DNA of 42,668 nt from Octopus bimaculoides (GCF_001194135.2 NC_068984.1:82630246-82672913), one strand, 5' to 3'. Shown: positions 1 to 12,194, counted from the stretch's first letter. A program made the numbers and translations. The notes: generated by a model not told the origin, from the sequence alone.

Positions 1-279
1 ATCGCCTCAGTGAGGCCCAATGTACGAAGGTCTTGCCTCACCACCTCAGCCCAGGTCTTCCTGGGCCTACCTCTTCCACGGGTTCCCTCAACTGTTAGGG
101 TGTGACACTTTTTCACGCAGCTATCCTCATCCATTCTCACCACATGTCCATACCAGCGCAATCGTCTCTCTTGCACACCACAACTGATGCTTCTAATGTT
201 CAGTTTTTCTCTCAAGATACTTACACTCTGACGGGTATTCACATTGACATTACACACCCAACGGAGCATACTGGCTTCA
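1..279 (-). mobile_element. RTE-clade LINE fragment (C-terminal end of ORF)
   Basis: Reverse complement translates, with one apparent small deletion, as EASMLRWVCNV...QERRLRWYGHVVRMDEDSCVKKC...GTRGRGRPRKTWAEVV, typical of RTE C-termini. Confidence 0.85.
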
Positions 280-299
280 GATATATATATATATATATT

Positions 300-660
300 T
301 ATCATCATCATCATCATCATCGTTTAACATCTGCTTTCCATGCTAGCATGGGTTGGACGATTTGACTGAGGACTGGCAAGCCAGAAGGCTGCACCAGGCT
401 CCAATCTGATCTGGCAGAGTTTCTACAGCTGGATGCCCTTCCTAATGCCAACCACTCTGAGAGTGTAATGGGTGCTTTTACATGCCACCGGCACGAGGGC
501 CAATCATATGGTACTGGCAATGGCCTCGTTCAAAAGGTGATTTTTATGTGCCACCTGCACGGGAGCCAGTCCAGCGGCACTGGCAACGATCTTGCTCGAA
601 TGATTTTCTTACATGCCACCAGCACAAGTGCTAGAAGGTGACGCTGGTAATGATTACACT
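300..660 (-). mobile_element. 3' end (3' UTR with GAT-repeat tail) of the same RTE family or a derived SINE
   Basis: (CAT)n-CGTTTAACATCTGCTTTCCATGCTAGCATGGGTTGG...GGATGCCCTTCCTAATGCCAACC; the same sequence recurs many times in the window. Confidence 0.8.
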
Positions 661-670
661 CAAATGGTGC

Positions 671-722
<52 letters not shown>

Positions 723-1329
723 AATCCCACTCCATCTTCTTTCTCCCCCTACCCCTGCTTTCTTAGTTGCCTTCCTTCCCCTCCTTCGAACCACCTCCAT
801 TTCCCATTGTGTTCTACCCGTTGCCTCTTTTCTGAAACTTTCTCTCTCCTGTGTGGTCAATGCCTAGCTTATCTGCTATCACCCTCAGTGCTCTCATGTG
901 TCTACTGCAACCCCACTCCTTGCACCTCTTCTGTATTTCACTCTGTCATTTGCCATAGTTACCACTATCCTGCTCACTTGTATGACCTGGGCCTCCGTGT
1001 TATCTTGCTTGTTCTCAGTGCCCCTAGTGTCCCTCAGGGGTATCTCCCAGTGTGTCTTTTCCACCATCTCTCTCACTATTGCCCCCTGGCTCACCCTCCT
1101 TTCTTTTCCAACTGGGATGACCATGTGTCTGCTCTACAGCAGGACACTATCTTTGTCTCTCTCTGCCTTTGATCTCTTGTTGGCTGGCACAGAGTCACCC
1201 TCCTCCTAGGTGCTGTTCCCCTCTCCTAGCTATAGGATTTTTGTCTTGTGGGATGCTTGGCAACCCTGTCAGTGCTGGTGTCACATGGGAGCATTAGTGT
1301 TGGTGCCACGTGTGTGTGTGTGTGGGTGC

Positions 1330-1522
1330 TGGTGCTGATGTCATGTGAAATGCACCCAGTATACTCTGTAAAGTGGTTGGCATTAGGCAGAGCATCCAGC
1401 CATAGAAACCATACCAAAGTAGACAATGAAGAGTAGTATAGTTCCTGGTCCTACCAGCTCCTGTCAAACCAGCCAACCCATGCCAGCATGGAAAACAGAT
1501 GTTAAAGGATGATGTTGATGAT
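1330..1522 (+). mobile_element. Diverged RTE 3'-end copy in + orientation
   Basis: GTGGTTGGCATTAGG...CCAACCCATGCCAGCATGGAAAACAGATGTTAAAGGATGATG. Confidence 0.7.
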
Positions 1523-2747
1523 GGTATATTGGTGAATATTCAGGAATGTTGATATTCCGTTACTTGTGCAAAGCAGTGCTGATGTTGACATTCATTGTTG
1601 ACACTTTTGAACACATGTGGTGCATAAAAATATCCCTTACCTGAAAACAGGTGAAGCTTGACGGCAGGAAGAGCTGTAAAATCTTGCCTCAAATCAATTC
1701 CCAACTAAGCCATGCTAACATGGTAAAGTACATGTCATTTGAACAAATGAACAATACGTACATATATACATGCATGGAATAACATACATACTTCTTAACT
1801 GGCATTTTTCTTTCAATTGAAATATAGTAAGTTTTTCAATTTTTATCTTGTTTCTTTCCAGATCAGCCTTATTGATAAAAAATATGATGAAAAGCATTCT
1901 GTGTTTATTGCCAAACAAGTATTCTGTGTTTATTGTCCAATTTTTGGTGTTGCAACCCAGAATACTAAATGTGAATGATAGAATAACATTGTATTCATAT
2001 TTTACTAACAGGAGTAAGAAATACTTCATAATTTAAAACATTTTGGTAAGAAGCATAGATTAAAAAAATCAGGAGAGACTTCTGTTTATATATAGATTTC
2101 AAACATTAAAATGTTGTCAAAAAACTTGCCAGGATTACTCCTATTCATTTTCTATTCTTTCTTCATTTTTTTTCTCTCAGTGAATTGTCTTCCCTCTGCC
2201 TGTGTGTTTATCTTTTTCTCTCTATCTCTCCCTTCTCTTCCTTCCATACTCTCATACCTTTTGATATAATAATGCTATTACTTATGGAATGATCTAATAT
2301 ATTAAAGTTTAAGGCTATGGAAGGAAGAATTAGCTGAGTGCCTTCTGGTTTTTGGATATATTTCTTTGAGTTCTGATTCCAAATTCCACTGAGGTATCAT
2401 TCTCTCAAGGTCAATAAAATAAGTACCAGGGAGGAATTAGTGTTGGTATAATTGGCTATACTCCTCTTCCTCATTGCTTGCATGAGTTGGATTGGTCTTT
2501 GCCAAAACAACATTTCATAACTTGTGATACTTTAATATCTTCTTGAAGTTCAGCATTTTTTGACCAGCTCTCATCTCTTCTTCCAGTGCCTTCCTTGATC
2601 ATCTTCTATTGCAGGTTCTTTCCATTTGGATTGCTTGGCACTTTTTAACTTAACTCTCATCCTTTGTACATTTCACTAATTCATACAAGTACAACTTCTA
2701 TTTTTTATTCTACCACTATTTCCTCTTATATCCAGTTTTTCTTTTAG

Positions 2748-2809
2748 ATTGTTTGTGCTGTGTCATTCATGCACATTCAAATTACATAGACAGCAGAACA
2801 TGCTGACAT
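2748..2809 (+). CDS. ADHFE1: ADHFE1 candidate exon 2 (62 nt, phase 2 to 1): LFVLCHSCTFKLHRQQNMLT, putative transit-peptide region
   Basis: Acceptor TTTTCTTTTAG and donor GTAAGT; open frame whose phase joins the 4852 exon. Sequence conservation is weak. Confidence 0.55.
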
Positions 2810-3485
2810 GTAAGTTATTGTTACCCAGAAAGAGGATTTTTATGCTCAAGAAAGAGAATGTATTTGTTGGAAATTATTGAAATACATATGTACTTCATAT
2901 GAGTAGCAAATTGTGGAGGATGGTATTCACTGTAGTTGGATCTAGTTAGTTTGAGTCACAAAATCATCCCACTTTTAAAATGAGGTAAAAAAATCTGAAA
3001 AATTGTCATATTAAACATTCATTTCTTATTCAGGATCTAGTTTGTTTCATTCACAAAATCTGCATTTTTTAAAAGGAACTAAAAAATCTGAAAATTGGTT
3101 ATCTTGATGCAGTTTTCCACACTTATTCCTATGAAGCCATGAACTTCTGGAGAAAAAGTTTGGCACACACAAAATTTTTTTTTCTAATTCATGGTTTCAA
3201 GATACAGATGGTCCGAATCTACCATTCGTTTCTCTTTATAATTTCCAAGTAACCTTTTGAATATTTCAAAATCAAAATTGTGTAAATATGTGTGCCAGAA
3301 ACAGTAGTTAAAAATTAAGGAAATAGATTTTTGGGATATTTCTTATAATGACTGACTTTTATTCCATTATTCTAATATCTTCTGAAACTTATACATATAC
3401 ATGTATAAATACATACAGAAACATACAAATATATACACACACATACATTTTTACAGAGTTAGTTTTATATACATCCTTGTATATA

Positions 3486-3720
3486 TATTGGGTTGGTGCA
3501 TAATTATTGTGGTTTTTTTTCAACAAATTTTATTCAACTCAAATAATAACAATACTTAACAAAAACATCTTTAAATGACAAGGAAGCAGTAATTGAAGTA
3601 GATGGTGAATATGCTCCGGAATAATCATTTAAAGAGGTTTTTGTTTCATGTTGTTATTGTTTTTGTTGAATAAAATTCAACAGAAATGTGAAAATATGGC
3701 TACTACTCGTTAATTTCAAA
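3486..3720 (+). mobile_element. Mariner-type terminal fragment or MITE with internal inverted repeats
   Basis: Starts TATTGGGTTGGTGCATAATTATTG, resembling the recalled Hsmar1/MADE1-type TIR; internal AATTTTATTCAAC pairs with GTTGAATAAAATT. Right boundary uncertain. Confidence 0.55.
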
Positions 3721-4851
3721 TTAATCTTACTGAAGACGAGGGGTCTTCCAGCACCTCACTAGCACCCCCAAGTCTCCTAACGCTACCCCCTAGTGTCTCT
3801 TTGCCTCTCATCTTCTCCACCGTGTAACTGGAGATTAGCACCTGCCCATAAAAGCCCATTAAACATTTAGGAATCATTTCAATATTTTGACATATTGTAC
3901 ATTAGACTGTAAGCCAATGGTTGTTATGGAGATGCAGTGTATCAGTCAAGACATGTTGTACCTGCTTATTTAATGAAGCTCATGAGTTTGGCTAAATTTG
4001 TGTCCTGTGTGGAGAAGAATCTGATGTTTTGAGACTGACCCTTCATCTGACAGAAAAAAATAATGTAATGAAAAGCTATGATAACAGAAAATATCAATAA
4101 GGGAAAAGATATTTATTTTGAGTGAATTGGTTCTTGTGTGTCTGTAAGAGATGTGTAGTACAGCAATGATAGTGATTGTGGAAGTAGTAGAATTTCATAG
4201 CCAAAGTTGAGTGTTGTAAGTCCCTGCAGCCATTGATCTTAACTGTGTTATGACCGCTGACCAGGTATTAGGCACACTATATATAGCCAATGTCTGTCAA
4301 AGAAAAGTTGCCAAAGACAAAATCGTTAATGACAGTTCCATATGTTGTTTATCATTATCTTTGCATCTGAACACAGTGATTTTGGGTTTGATTCCTAGGA
4401 AGTGAATTGGTATTTGGGACTCTGCTAATATTCCTGCTACAGTACTATCTGGTTGATGAACGATCTCTTGTGACTTCATTGACAAGTGCTCTCTACTGTG
4501 ATCTGCTTTAGGTAGTCTGACAGCAAATTTTATATAGAATGGCTACTCAATCACTGTTATCAGCTCTCTGCCAACATAGAATCTCATACTGATGCTTACC
4601 AGCAGTAGTATCAAGTATGATGGTTCACTTGAGACTGAGGAATAGCAATAGTTATGGCCAAAGTATGTTAGTTTCTGTTTGTGCACACTGTTTAACAGGC
4701 TGGAAAGCTATTGCTATGGCAATGCTAAATTCCTTTCTTAAATGTAGACTTGAAAATTTGAACAGATAGAAACACATATACTCTTTCTCTGTTTTGTCAA
4801 ATTATGTGATATTTTGATATAACTTTCTTTTTATTTTAATCAATTATTCAG

Positions 4852-4907
4852 GCTTTCAGTATCATGGGACCTCTTCCACACAACCACAAAAAGAATATGC
4901 ATTCGAG
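4852..4907 (+). CDS. ADHFE1: ADHFE1 exon 3 (56 nt): FQYHGTSSTQPQKEYAFE
   Basis: Acceptor TTATTCAG, donor GTAAAA; ends in EYAFE (human DYAFE). An alternative acceptor at 4859 is possible. Confidence 0.85.
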
Positions 4908-5326
4908 GTAAAATTTTTTTTGTTTCTTTGTTGACTTTTTTTTGTTTATTGGTCTTCTCTCTCCATCACTACTACTAATACAATCATATCTGCCACTGCT
5001 ACCCCCACCCTCACTATCACCGTCATTACCACTGCACCCACCATACTAACCACTTTTTTAAGTAGCACAAACATCTTTCTTTTTTTCTTTATGAGAATGG
5101 GGCAGGTGCAAGTTTGATAAAATAGATATCATTACTATTCTGGAGTTGGTTCAATTGTCTATAAGCCTTCGTCTACAAAATTAGTGAACTGGATGAATCA
5201 ATAGAGTGTCATGCTAAATGTTTTGCAATATTTCATCTGGCTCTTTGCATTCTGAGTCCAAATCCTACCTAAGTCAATTTTGCCTTTCACTCTTTTGGGG
5301 TCAATAAAATGAAGTACATACAGCAT

Positions 5327-6111
5327 GTCTTTGCCATGTTTGTCCCCTGCCTGCAGAACACTGAACAGAAAGAGCATTGTGTCGAAGTCTGTGAAGATCT
5401 CTATCAGCATGCTGCTGATGACCCATCTTTCATGTTGAGGATCATCACTGGTGACAAGAGTTGGATCTATGGGTACAACCTTGTGATGAAGCAGCAATTG
5501 TCACATTGGAAGAGTCCTTAATATTTACAACTGAAGAAGGCATGACAGAGCCACAGCTCAATCATGAGCATGTGCATCATATTTTTCAACATCTACAGTG
5601 TTGTGCATCAAAAATTCGTCCCTCAGGGCCAGACTGCCAATTGAGAGTTCTACTGTGATGTTTTGAAACATTTGAGGGAGGAAATTTGGCAAAAGCAACA
5701 AGATCTGTGGAACACAAAGAATTAGATTCTTTATGATGACAATGCACCTTGTCACCGAACTCTCCTAACTCATGAGTTTCTCGCCAAAAGCAACATGGTA
5801 TCACTTCTGCATCCACCCTATTCGCCAGATTTAGCACCTGTGGACCTCTTTCTCTTCCCCAAGATGAAAAAGCAGTTCAAAGGTCATTGTTTTAACACTG
5901 TTGTCAAGATCCAGAGCAAATCAACTTGCTTACAGAAAATAGCTTACAGAAAACGACTTCCAGGCTGGATTCCAAAAGTAGCAGGTATGCTGGGACCAGT
6001 GTATTGATGCGCAAGGTGACTATTTCGGAGGAGATGTTGTTAAAACTTATGTAAATAAGTTATTTTTTATTAAACATAACTAGTCCGGGAACCTTTTGAT
6101 ATCACCTTGTA
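5327..6111 (+). mobile_element. 5'-truncated, frameshifted mariner transposase pseudogene with 3' TIR (ADHFE1 intron 3)
   Basis: FVPC...IITGDKSWIYGY, DDNAPCH and HPPYSPDLAPVDLFLFPKMK motifs; 3' TIR TCCGGGAACCTTTTGATATCACCTTGTA followed by TA. Confidence 0.92.
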
Positions 6112-6608
6112 TATTCTGTTCTGCTACCTCAGTGTATTTTTCTGGTTGAGAATCTGGCAATGTCATCATATTCTTTTAACAATTTTTTTAACCATTATTT
6201 CTCAAATCATTTTGAAGAATGTTTCCATTTCTTATTTCCTGTGGATTTGAGTGACTCTTTAAATTGTTAGTATATTTCCCCATAGAATTGTTTCTAGTTA
6301 CATTTTCTGTTGAATATTTCTTCTGCTTATATAACCTTCTATTTCTGCTAAAGCTTGTCCTTGTTTGGACTGTATATTTTATATCATGTTTCTTGAACAA
6401 ATTTTTTTGAAAATGTTGTTTCTACATTTCTCTTTAGATTCTATTTTTAGCTTATTTCAGTTTATAATTAGAATTTCCATGTTGAATTTTTGTGTTTAAC
6501 ATCTAGAAACATTTTTGTAGTCTTGTGTACTTGCAAGTAAAATAAATAAATATCATAATTTTATACACACGCATGCATACACATTCACACACACACACAC
6601 ACACACAC

Positions 6609-7019
6609 NNNNNNNNNNNNNNNNNNNNNNNNNNNNNNNNNNNNNNNNNNNNNNNNNNNNNNNNNNNNNNNNNNNNNNNNNNNNNNNNNNNNNNNNNNNN
6701 NNNNNNNNNNNNNNNNNNNNNNNNNNNNNNNNNNNNNNNNNNNNNNNNNNNNNNNNNNNNNNNNNNNNNNNNNNNNNNNNNNNNNNNNNNNNNNNNNNNN
6801 NNNNNNNNNNNNNNNNNNNNNNNNNNNNNNNNNNNNNNNNNNNNNNNNNNNNNNNNNNNNNNNNNNNNNNNNNNNNNNNNNNNNNNNNNNNNNNNNNNNN
6901 NNNNNNNNNNNNNNNNNNNNNNNNNNNNNNNNNNNNNNNNNNNNNNNNNNNNNNNNNNNNNNNNNNNNNNNNNNNNNNNNNNNNNNNNNNNNNNNNNNNN
7001 NNNNNNNNNNNNNNNNNNN
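6609..7019. other. Assembly gap (411 N) between (CA)n and (TA)n tracts
   Basis: Run of N. Confidence 1.
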
Positions 7020-7058
7020 TATATATATATATATATATAAAAATAAATAAATAAATAG

Positions 7059-7293
7059 GGCTGTGAGCTGGCAGAAATGTTAGCATGCCGGGCGAAATGC
7101 TTAGCGGTATTTCGTCTGTCTTTATGTTCTGAGTTCAAATTCTGCCAAGGTCGACTTTGCCTTTCATCCTTTCAGGGTTGATAAATTAAGTACCAGTTAC
7201 GCACTGGGGTTGATGTAATCGACTTAATTCCTTTGTCTGTCCTTGTTTGTCCCCTCTATGTTTAGCCCCTTGTGGGCAATAAAGAAATAATAT
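7059..7293 (+). mobile_element. tRNA-derived SINE, full length, with a 16-bp target-site duplication
   Basis: A-box-like TGGCAGAAATG and B-box GAGTTCAAATTC; flanked by ATAAATAAATAAATAG at 7043-7058 and 7294-7309. Confidence 0.85.
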
Positions 7294-7723
7294 ATAAATA
7301 AATAAATAGATCAAAGGTTCTTCCTGAGTCACGAGGCCAGTTTCCCAGATTCTCTGGTGTATATATTCTCTCCTTATATGGGATGTCAGTCCATCACAGG
7401 ATTACTCATTTTTGTCAGCTGAGTGGACTGGAACAATCCCTGGTTTAGGAATCAGAAGCACAATCATAAAATTGCAATATCCTAACCATGTGCCCATGTG
7501 TCTCCCCATATGCGTGGTGCATTGTGTTCTTGAGCAAAACACCTTATACACTGTGTACCTTTTCAGTTAATGTCAGTTTGATGGAGAGAGTGAGCTAATG
7601 TGCAATGTACAGTACACACTTGATCAGTATTAATATATACATACATGCATGCACACACACACACACACACGCACTAATTCTTATTCTTATTATCAGTAAA
7701 TTTGGGATTCACCTGTTTTACAG

Positions 7724-7777
7724 ATGGCATGTTCTTCAGTTCGTTATGGAGAAGGTGCTACACAAGAAGTAGGTAAA
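7724..7777 (+). CDS. ADHFE1: ADHFE1 exon 4 (54 nt): MACSSVRYGEGATQEVGK
   Basis: TTTTACAG acceptor, GTAAGT donor; matches human MAVSNIRYGAAVTKEVGM. Confidence 0.95.
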
Positions 7778-8100
7778 GTAAGTATAGAATACTTTATTTC
7801 TCTCTTTCTCTCTAGATGTGTGTGTGTGTGTATGTGTATGTGCATGTTTATCCCATGCTAGAATGGAAAAAATGGATGTAATAATAAACAAATATATACC
7901 ATGTAGTATCTTTGGTAAGTGTCTTTTACCTTATTCTCAAGTTGACCCAGGCCTTGTGAGTGGAACTGGATTGATGAAAACTGAGCAGAACCCCATTGGA
8001 TGACTTGCACCTATAATTCAAATGATTTGTCTTGTGACACAATGTGCCATGCTAATTCTATGAGATGGTTATGTTCAGGATACAGATACCTATATGTGTG

Positions 8101-8170
<70 letters not shown>

Positions 8171-8224
8171 CATGTGTATATAAATAGATTTTCCATGTTT
8201 ATTTGTATTTGTGGATTGAGAACA

Positions 8225-8450
8225 CATGGCCTAGTGGTTTGAATGTTGAACTCATGATCATGAGATTGTGGTTTCTATTCCTGGACTGCATGGTGCATTG
8301 TGTTCTTGTGCAAAACAACTTATACACTGTGCTCCTTTTCAGGTAATGTCAATTTGATGGAGAGAGTGAGCTAATGTACAGTACACACTTGATCAGTATT
8401 AATAAATCACTTGTACTGGTTGTTCAGTAAAAACTGAACACTTATATGTC
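8225..8450 (+). mobile_element. Second tRNA-derived SINE family copy
   Basis: Head TGGCCTAGTGG...GGTTTCTATTCC; body is shared with 7515-7635. Confidence 0.6.
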
Positions 8451-8509
8451 ATCTTTGATTGGGGATTCCATCATACACATATATATATCTCATCATCTTT
8501 AACATACAT

Positions 8510-9480
8510 CTTCTATGCTGGAGAACTGCACGAGGTTCCAATCTGATTTGGCATGGTTTCTATGGCTGGATGCCTTTCCTAATGCCAACCACTTTACAAA
8601 CTGTGCTGGGTGCATTTTAGGTGGCACCGGCATGGGTGCCAGTTACATAACACCAGCATCGGCCATAACTACGATCTCACTTGGCTTGACAGGTCTTCCA
8701 AGCATGATATATCACCAAAAGTCTCAGTCATCTGTCACTGCCTCCATGAAGCGCAATGCTTGAACAGTACTTTTTACATGCCACCAGCACAGGTGCCAGT
8801 TACATGACACTGGCATCAGCTATGATTATGATTTCACTTGGCTTAACAGGTCTTCTCAAGCACAGCATATTGCCCAACATTTGAAGGGTGCTTTTTATGT
8901 GCCAGTTATGTGACACTGGCATCAGCCATGACTACAATCTCATTTGGCTTGATGGGTCTTCTCAAGCATGGCTTATTGCCTAAGATCTTGGTCACTTGTC
9001 ATTGCCTCTGTGAGGCCCAAAGTTCAAAGATCATGCTTCATTACCTCGTCCTATGTCTTCCTGGGTCTACCTCTTCCACAGGTTCCCTCCACCGCTAGAG
9101 TGTAGAACTTCTTCACCCAGCTGTCCTTGTCCATATGCATCACATGACCATACCAGTGCAGTCATCTCTCTTGCACGCCACATCTGATGCCTCTTATGCT
9201 CAACTTTCCTCTCGAGATGCTATCGTGCATGCACACTGACATTACACATCCAGTGAAGCATGCTAGCTTCATTTCTTTCAAGCCTATGCACATTCTCATT
9301 GGTCACAACCCATGTTCCACTGCCCTGTAGCATGGCTGCTCGCACACAGGCATCATACAATCTGCCTTTCAATATTGCTGAATGGTAAAGAAGTTCACTT
9401 AGCATTTGTGAGCGAATTTCTGTTTTTAATCTCACTGTGTGGTATTTCAGCAAGTGTCTTTTACCATTGCCATAGGTCAA
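8510..9480 (-). mobile_element. 5'-truncated RTE LINE copy (ORF C-terminus plus 3' UTR), decayed
   Basis: Minus ORF 9220..9480 reads KGRLYDACVRAAMLQGSGTW...LERNEASMLHWMCNV and continues into the same 3' UTR seen at 300-660. Confidence 0.85.
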
Positions 9481-9765
9481 CCCAAGCCCTGTGAGTTAAA
9501 CTGGGGAAGCAAAATCCATGCTGAGGCCTGTCAAAACTATATAGTATTGTCATACATTGTGTCATGTTGATTCTGCTTGAGGATTACATGAAGGTACGTG
9601 CTTCTGTGGAATGCTCAGCCATATGTATTTTAATTCAGTAAGCAGATAACTCAGTTGATTGAACAAAACTGAATCTTCATCATTGAAACAAACAGAAATC
9701 CATTTACTTACATGCACGTACCCACACACACATGCGCATGTGCTCACACACACGCACGCACGCAC

Positions 9766-9796
<31 letters not shown>

Positions 9797-10093
9797 GAGT
9801 GAGAAAGAGAGAGGAATGGCTGTAGTGAATGTGTAGTAGTTAGGACAAGAAAAAGGTGAAAGACTTTGAGTTAACATTATCCAGTTTGTCTGCTTATTCA
9901 AAATGGGAGGGTGAAATTTGAAGCAGATTTGGCTGCTAATTGTATTTGGCTAAGCAACTACATAGAAACTCTGTTGTTGTTTTGGTGTATCTGCTGTTTG
10001 ATGTAGTGAGTTGTCTAACTTGAATTTGGTCATCATGCTGGTGGCATAGCTATGCTAATTAAAGTGCAATAATGTTATGCAATTATTTTGTAG

Positions 10094-10248
10094 GACTTCT
10101 GCAATTTAGGTTCCAAGTTGATATGTGTGATGACAGATAAAAATGTTTTGAAAACACGAGCTGTGAAAGTAGCACTTCAGTCACTAGAGGATCAAAACCT
10201 GAAATACAAGTTGTTCACAGATGTAAAAGTGGAACCATCTGATGAAAG
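10094..10248 (+). CDS. ADHFE1: ADHFE1 exon 5 (155 nt): DFCNLGSKLICVMTDKNV...DVKVEPSDE
   Basis: TTTTGTAG acceptor, GTAAGA donor; MTDKN and VEP motifs. Confidence 0.95.
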
Positions 10249-10610
10249 GTAAGATAGACAAGCTTTTGATATGATTCTATAAACAAATGACCAGTTCTAG
10301 TACATCTAGTGTCAGCTAATTAATTCTCTTTGAAAATGAAAGCTAATCTTACAGCATTTGATATCAACACCAAACCCATGGATTTGGTGTTGGTATTAAA
10401 GTGGGTGACGTATTAAGTCTTACTATCCAAGAACAGGAATATTTCCTCTGACAGGCTTTCACACAATTCCCAACTACCAAATTACACTCACAAAGCTTTG
10501 GTCAGCTTGAGTCTATAAGGTATACAACACAGTGGAATTGAAATTATTTAGTTACAAACCCTTAACCATAAAGTGTACACATACACCTCTAAGTGAGTAA
10601 TGTATGTGAG

Positions 10611-11890
10611 TAATGATGTATTTGACAAGAATATAGAAATAAAAGTTACCTTATGTTAATATGTATGTGTATATTGTTTTGTAGCCACAGCCTATTCAGA
10701 TCAAGTAATCCTTTGATATGCATATAGCTGGCCTAATACTATATCATGTCTCCACCTTGTTGAAGATCATACTGCACATGCTGATATGCTGTGATGAATG
10801 TTATGGAGAGCAATATGACAGCTTGAATATGTTACACACTCACCACTATCCATCTCTTATTGATGCTTACAGATTATGGTAGTGGCTACCATAAAAGCAG
10901 GTAAGGTAAGCTCAATCGGAACATGAAAGTTGATATAGTTTATTCCTATTTACACTGTCTGAATAAAAAAAAAATGGATAGTCATGGTTGGAATACTTTC
11001 AGTCAGGACTGATTTGGAACTAAAGGAATAAACAGTACCTGCCTAATTCTATAGAACTCTCAGTTCATAAAAACTTCTTCTTTGGCAAGAGGAAGGGCAT
11101 CTGGCCATAAAAAATCTGCTTTAACAAATTCCATCCAAACATTACAAGTGGATGTTAAAGAATGATGATGATGATATANNNNNNNNNNNNNNNNNNNNNN
11201 NNNNNNNNNNNNNNNNNNNNNNNNNNNNNNNNNNNNNNNNNNNNNNNNNNNNNNNNNNNNNNNNNNNNNNNNNNNNNNNNNNNNNNNNNNNNNNNNNNNN
11301 NNNNNNNNNNNNNNNNNNNNNNTAATGATGTATTTGACAAGAATATAGAAATAAAAGTTACCTTATGTTAATATGTATGTGTATATTGTTTTGTAGCCAC
11401 AGCCTATTCAGATCAAGTAATCCTTTGATATGCATATAGCTGGCCTAATACTATATCATGTCTCCACCTTGTTGAAGATCATACTGCACATGCTGATATG
11501 CTGTGATGAATGTTATGGAGAGCAATATGACAGCTTGAATATGTTACACACTCACCACTATCCATCTCTTATTGATGCTTACAGATTATGGTAGTGGCTA
11601 CCATAAAAGCAGGTAAGGTAAGCTCAATCGGAACATGAAAGTTGATATAGTTTATTCCTATTTACACTGTCTGAATAAAAAAAAAATGGATAGTCATGGT
11701 TGGAATACTTTCAGTCAGGACTGATTTGGAACTAAAGGAATAAACAGTACCTGCCTAATTCTATAGAACTCTCAGTTCATAAAAACTTCTTCTTTGGCAA
11801 GAGGAAGGGCATCTGGCCATAAAAAATCTGCTTTAACAAATTCCATCCAAACATTACAAGTGGATGTTAAAGAATGATGATGATGATATA
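10611..11890. repeat. 568-bp direct duplication (10611-11178 and 11323-11890) on either side of a 144-N gap (11179-11322)
   Basis: No differences seen between the copies by eye; offset 712. Probably an unmerged contig overlap. Confidence 0.9.
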
Positions 11891-11903
11891 TATATAATTT
11901 CAG

Positions 11904-12100
11904 CTTTAAAACAGCCATAGACTTTGTGAAGCAAGACAACTTCGATGCCTTCCTTGCGATTGGTGGTGGTTCTGCTATGGACACATGTAAAGCTGCCAAC
12001 TTGTACTCATCTGATCCATCAGCAGACTTCCTAGACTATGTCAATGCTCCAATTGGCAAAGGTCTCCCTATTACCAAACCTGTAAAACCCCTTATTGCAA
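11904..12100 (+). CDS. ADHFE1: ADHFE1 exon 6 (197 nt): [34 protein letters not shown]...KPLIA
   Basis: TTTCAG acceptor, GTAAGC donor; GGGS nucleotide-binding motif. Overlaps ORF 11926..12123. Confidence 0.97.
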
Positions 12101-12194
12101 GTAAGCCAACATTTTTGTGTTAATTTTAATTAACATTTTATATTTATTTTTTGTGACAGAATTGACTGTGTCATGTGATGTTTATTTCTTTCAG

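Noticed and set aside
530-1209. Several overlapping ORFs of 66-153 aa
   Set aside because: They arise from (TA)n/(GT)n tracts and pyrimidine-rich repeat sequence; no splice-consistent homology or motifs.
1-2747. ADHFE1 exon 1
   Set aside because: No convincing ATG with a phase-2 donor found outside repeats; it probably lies upstream of the window.
6503-7138. Long ORFs containing runs of X (also at 11155, 17910-18713 and 34053)
   Set aside because: Artefacts of N-gaps.
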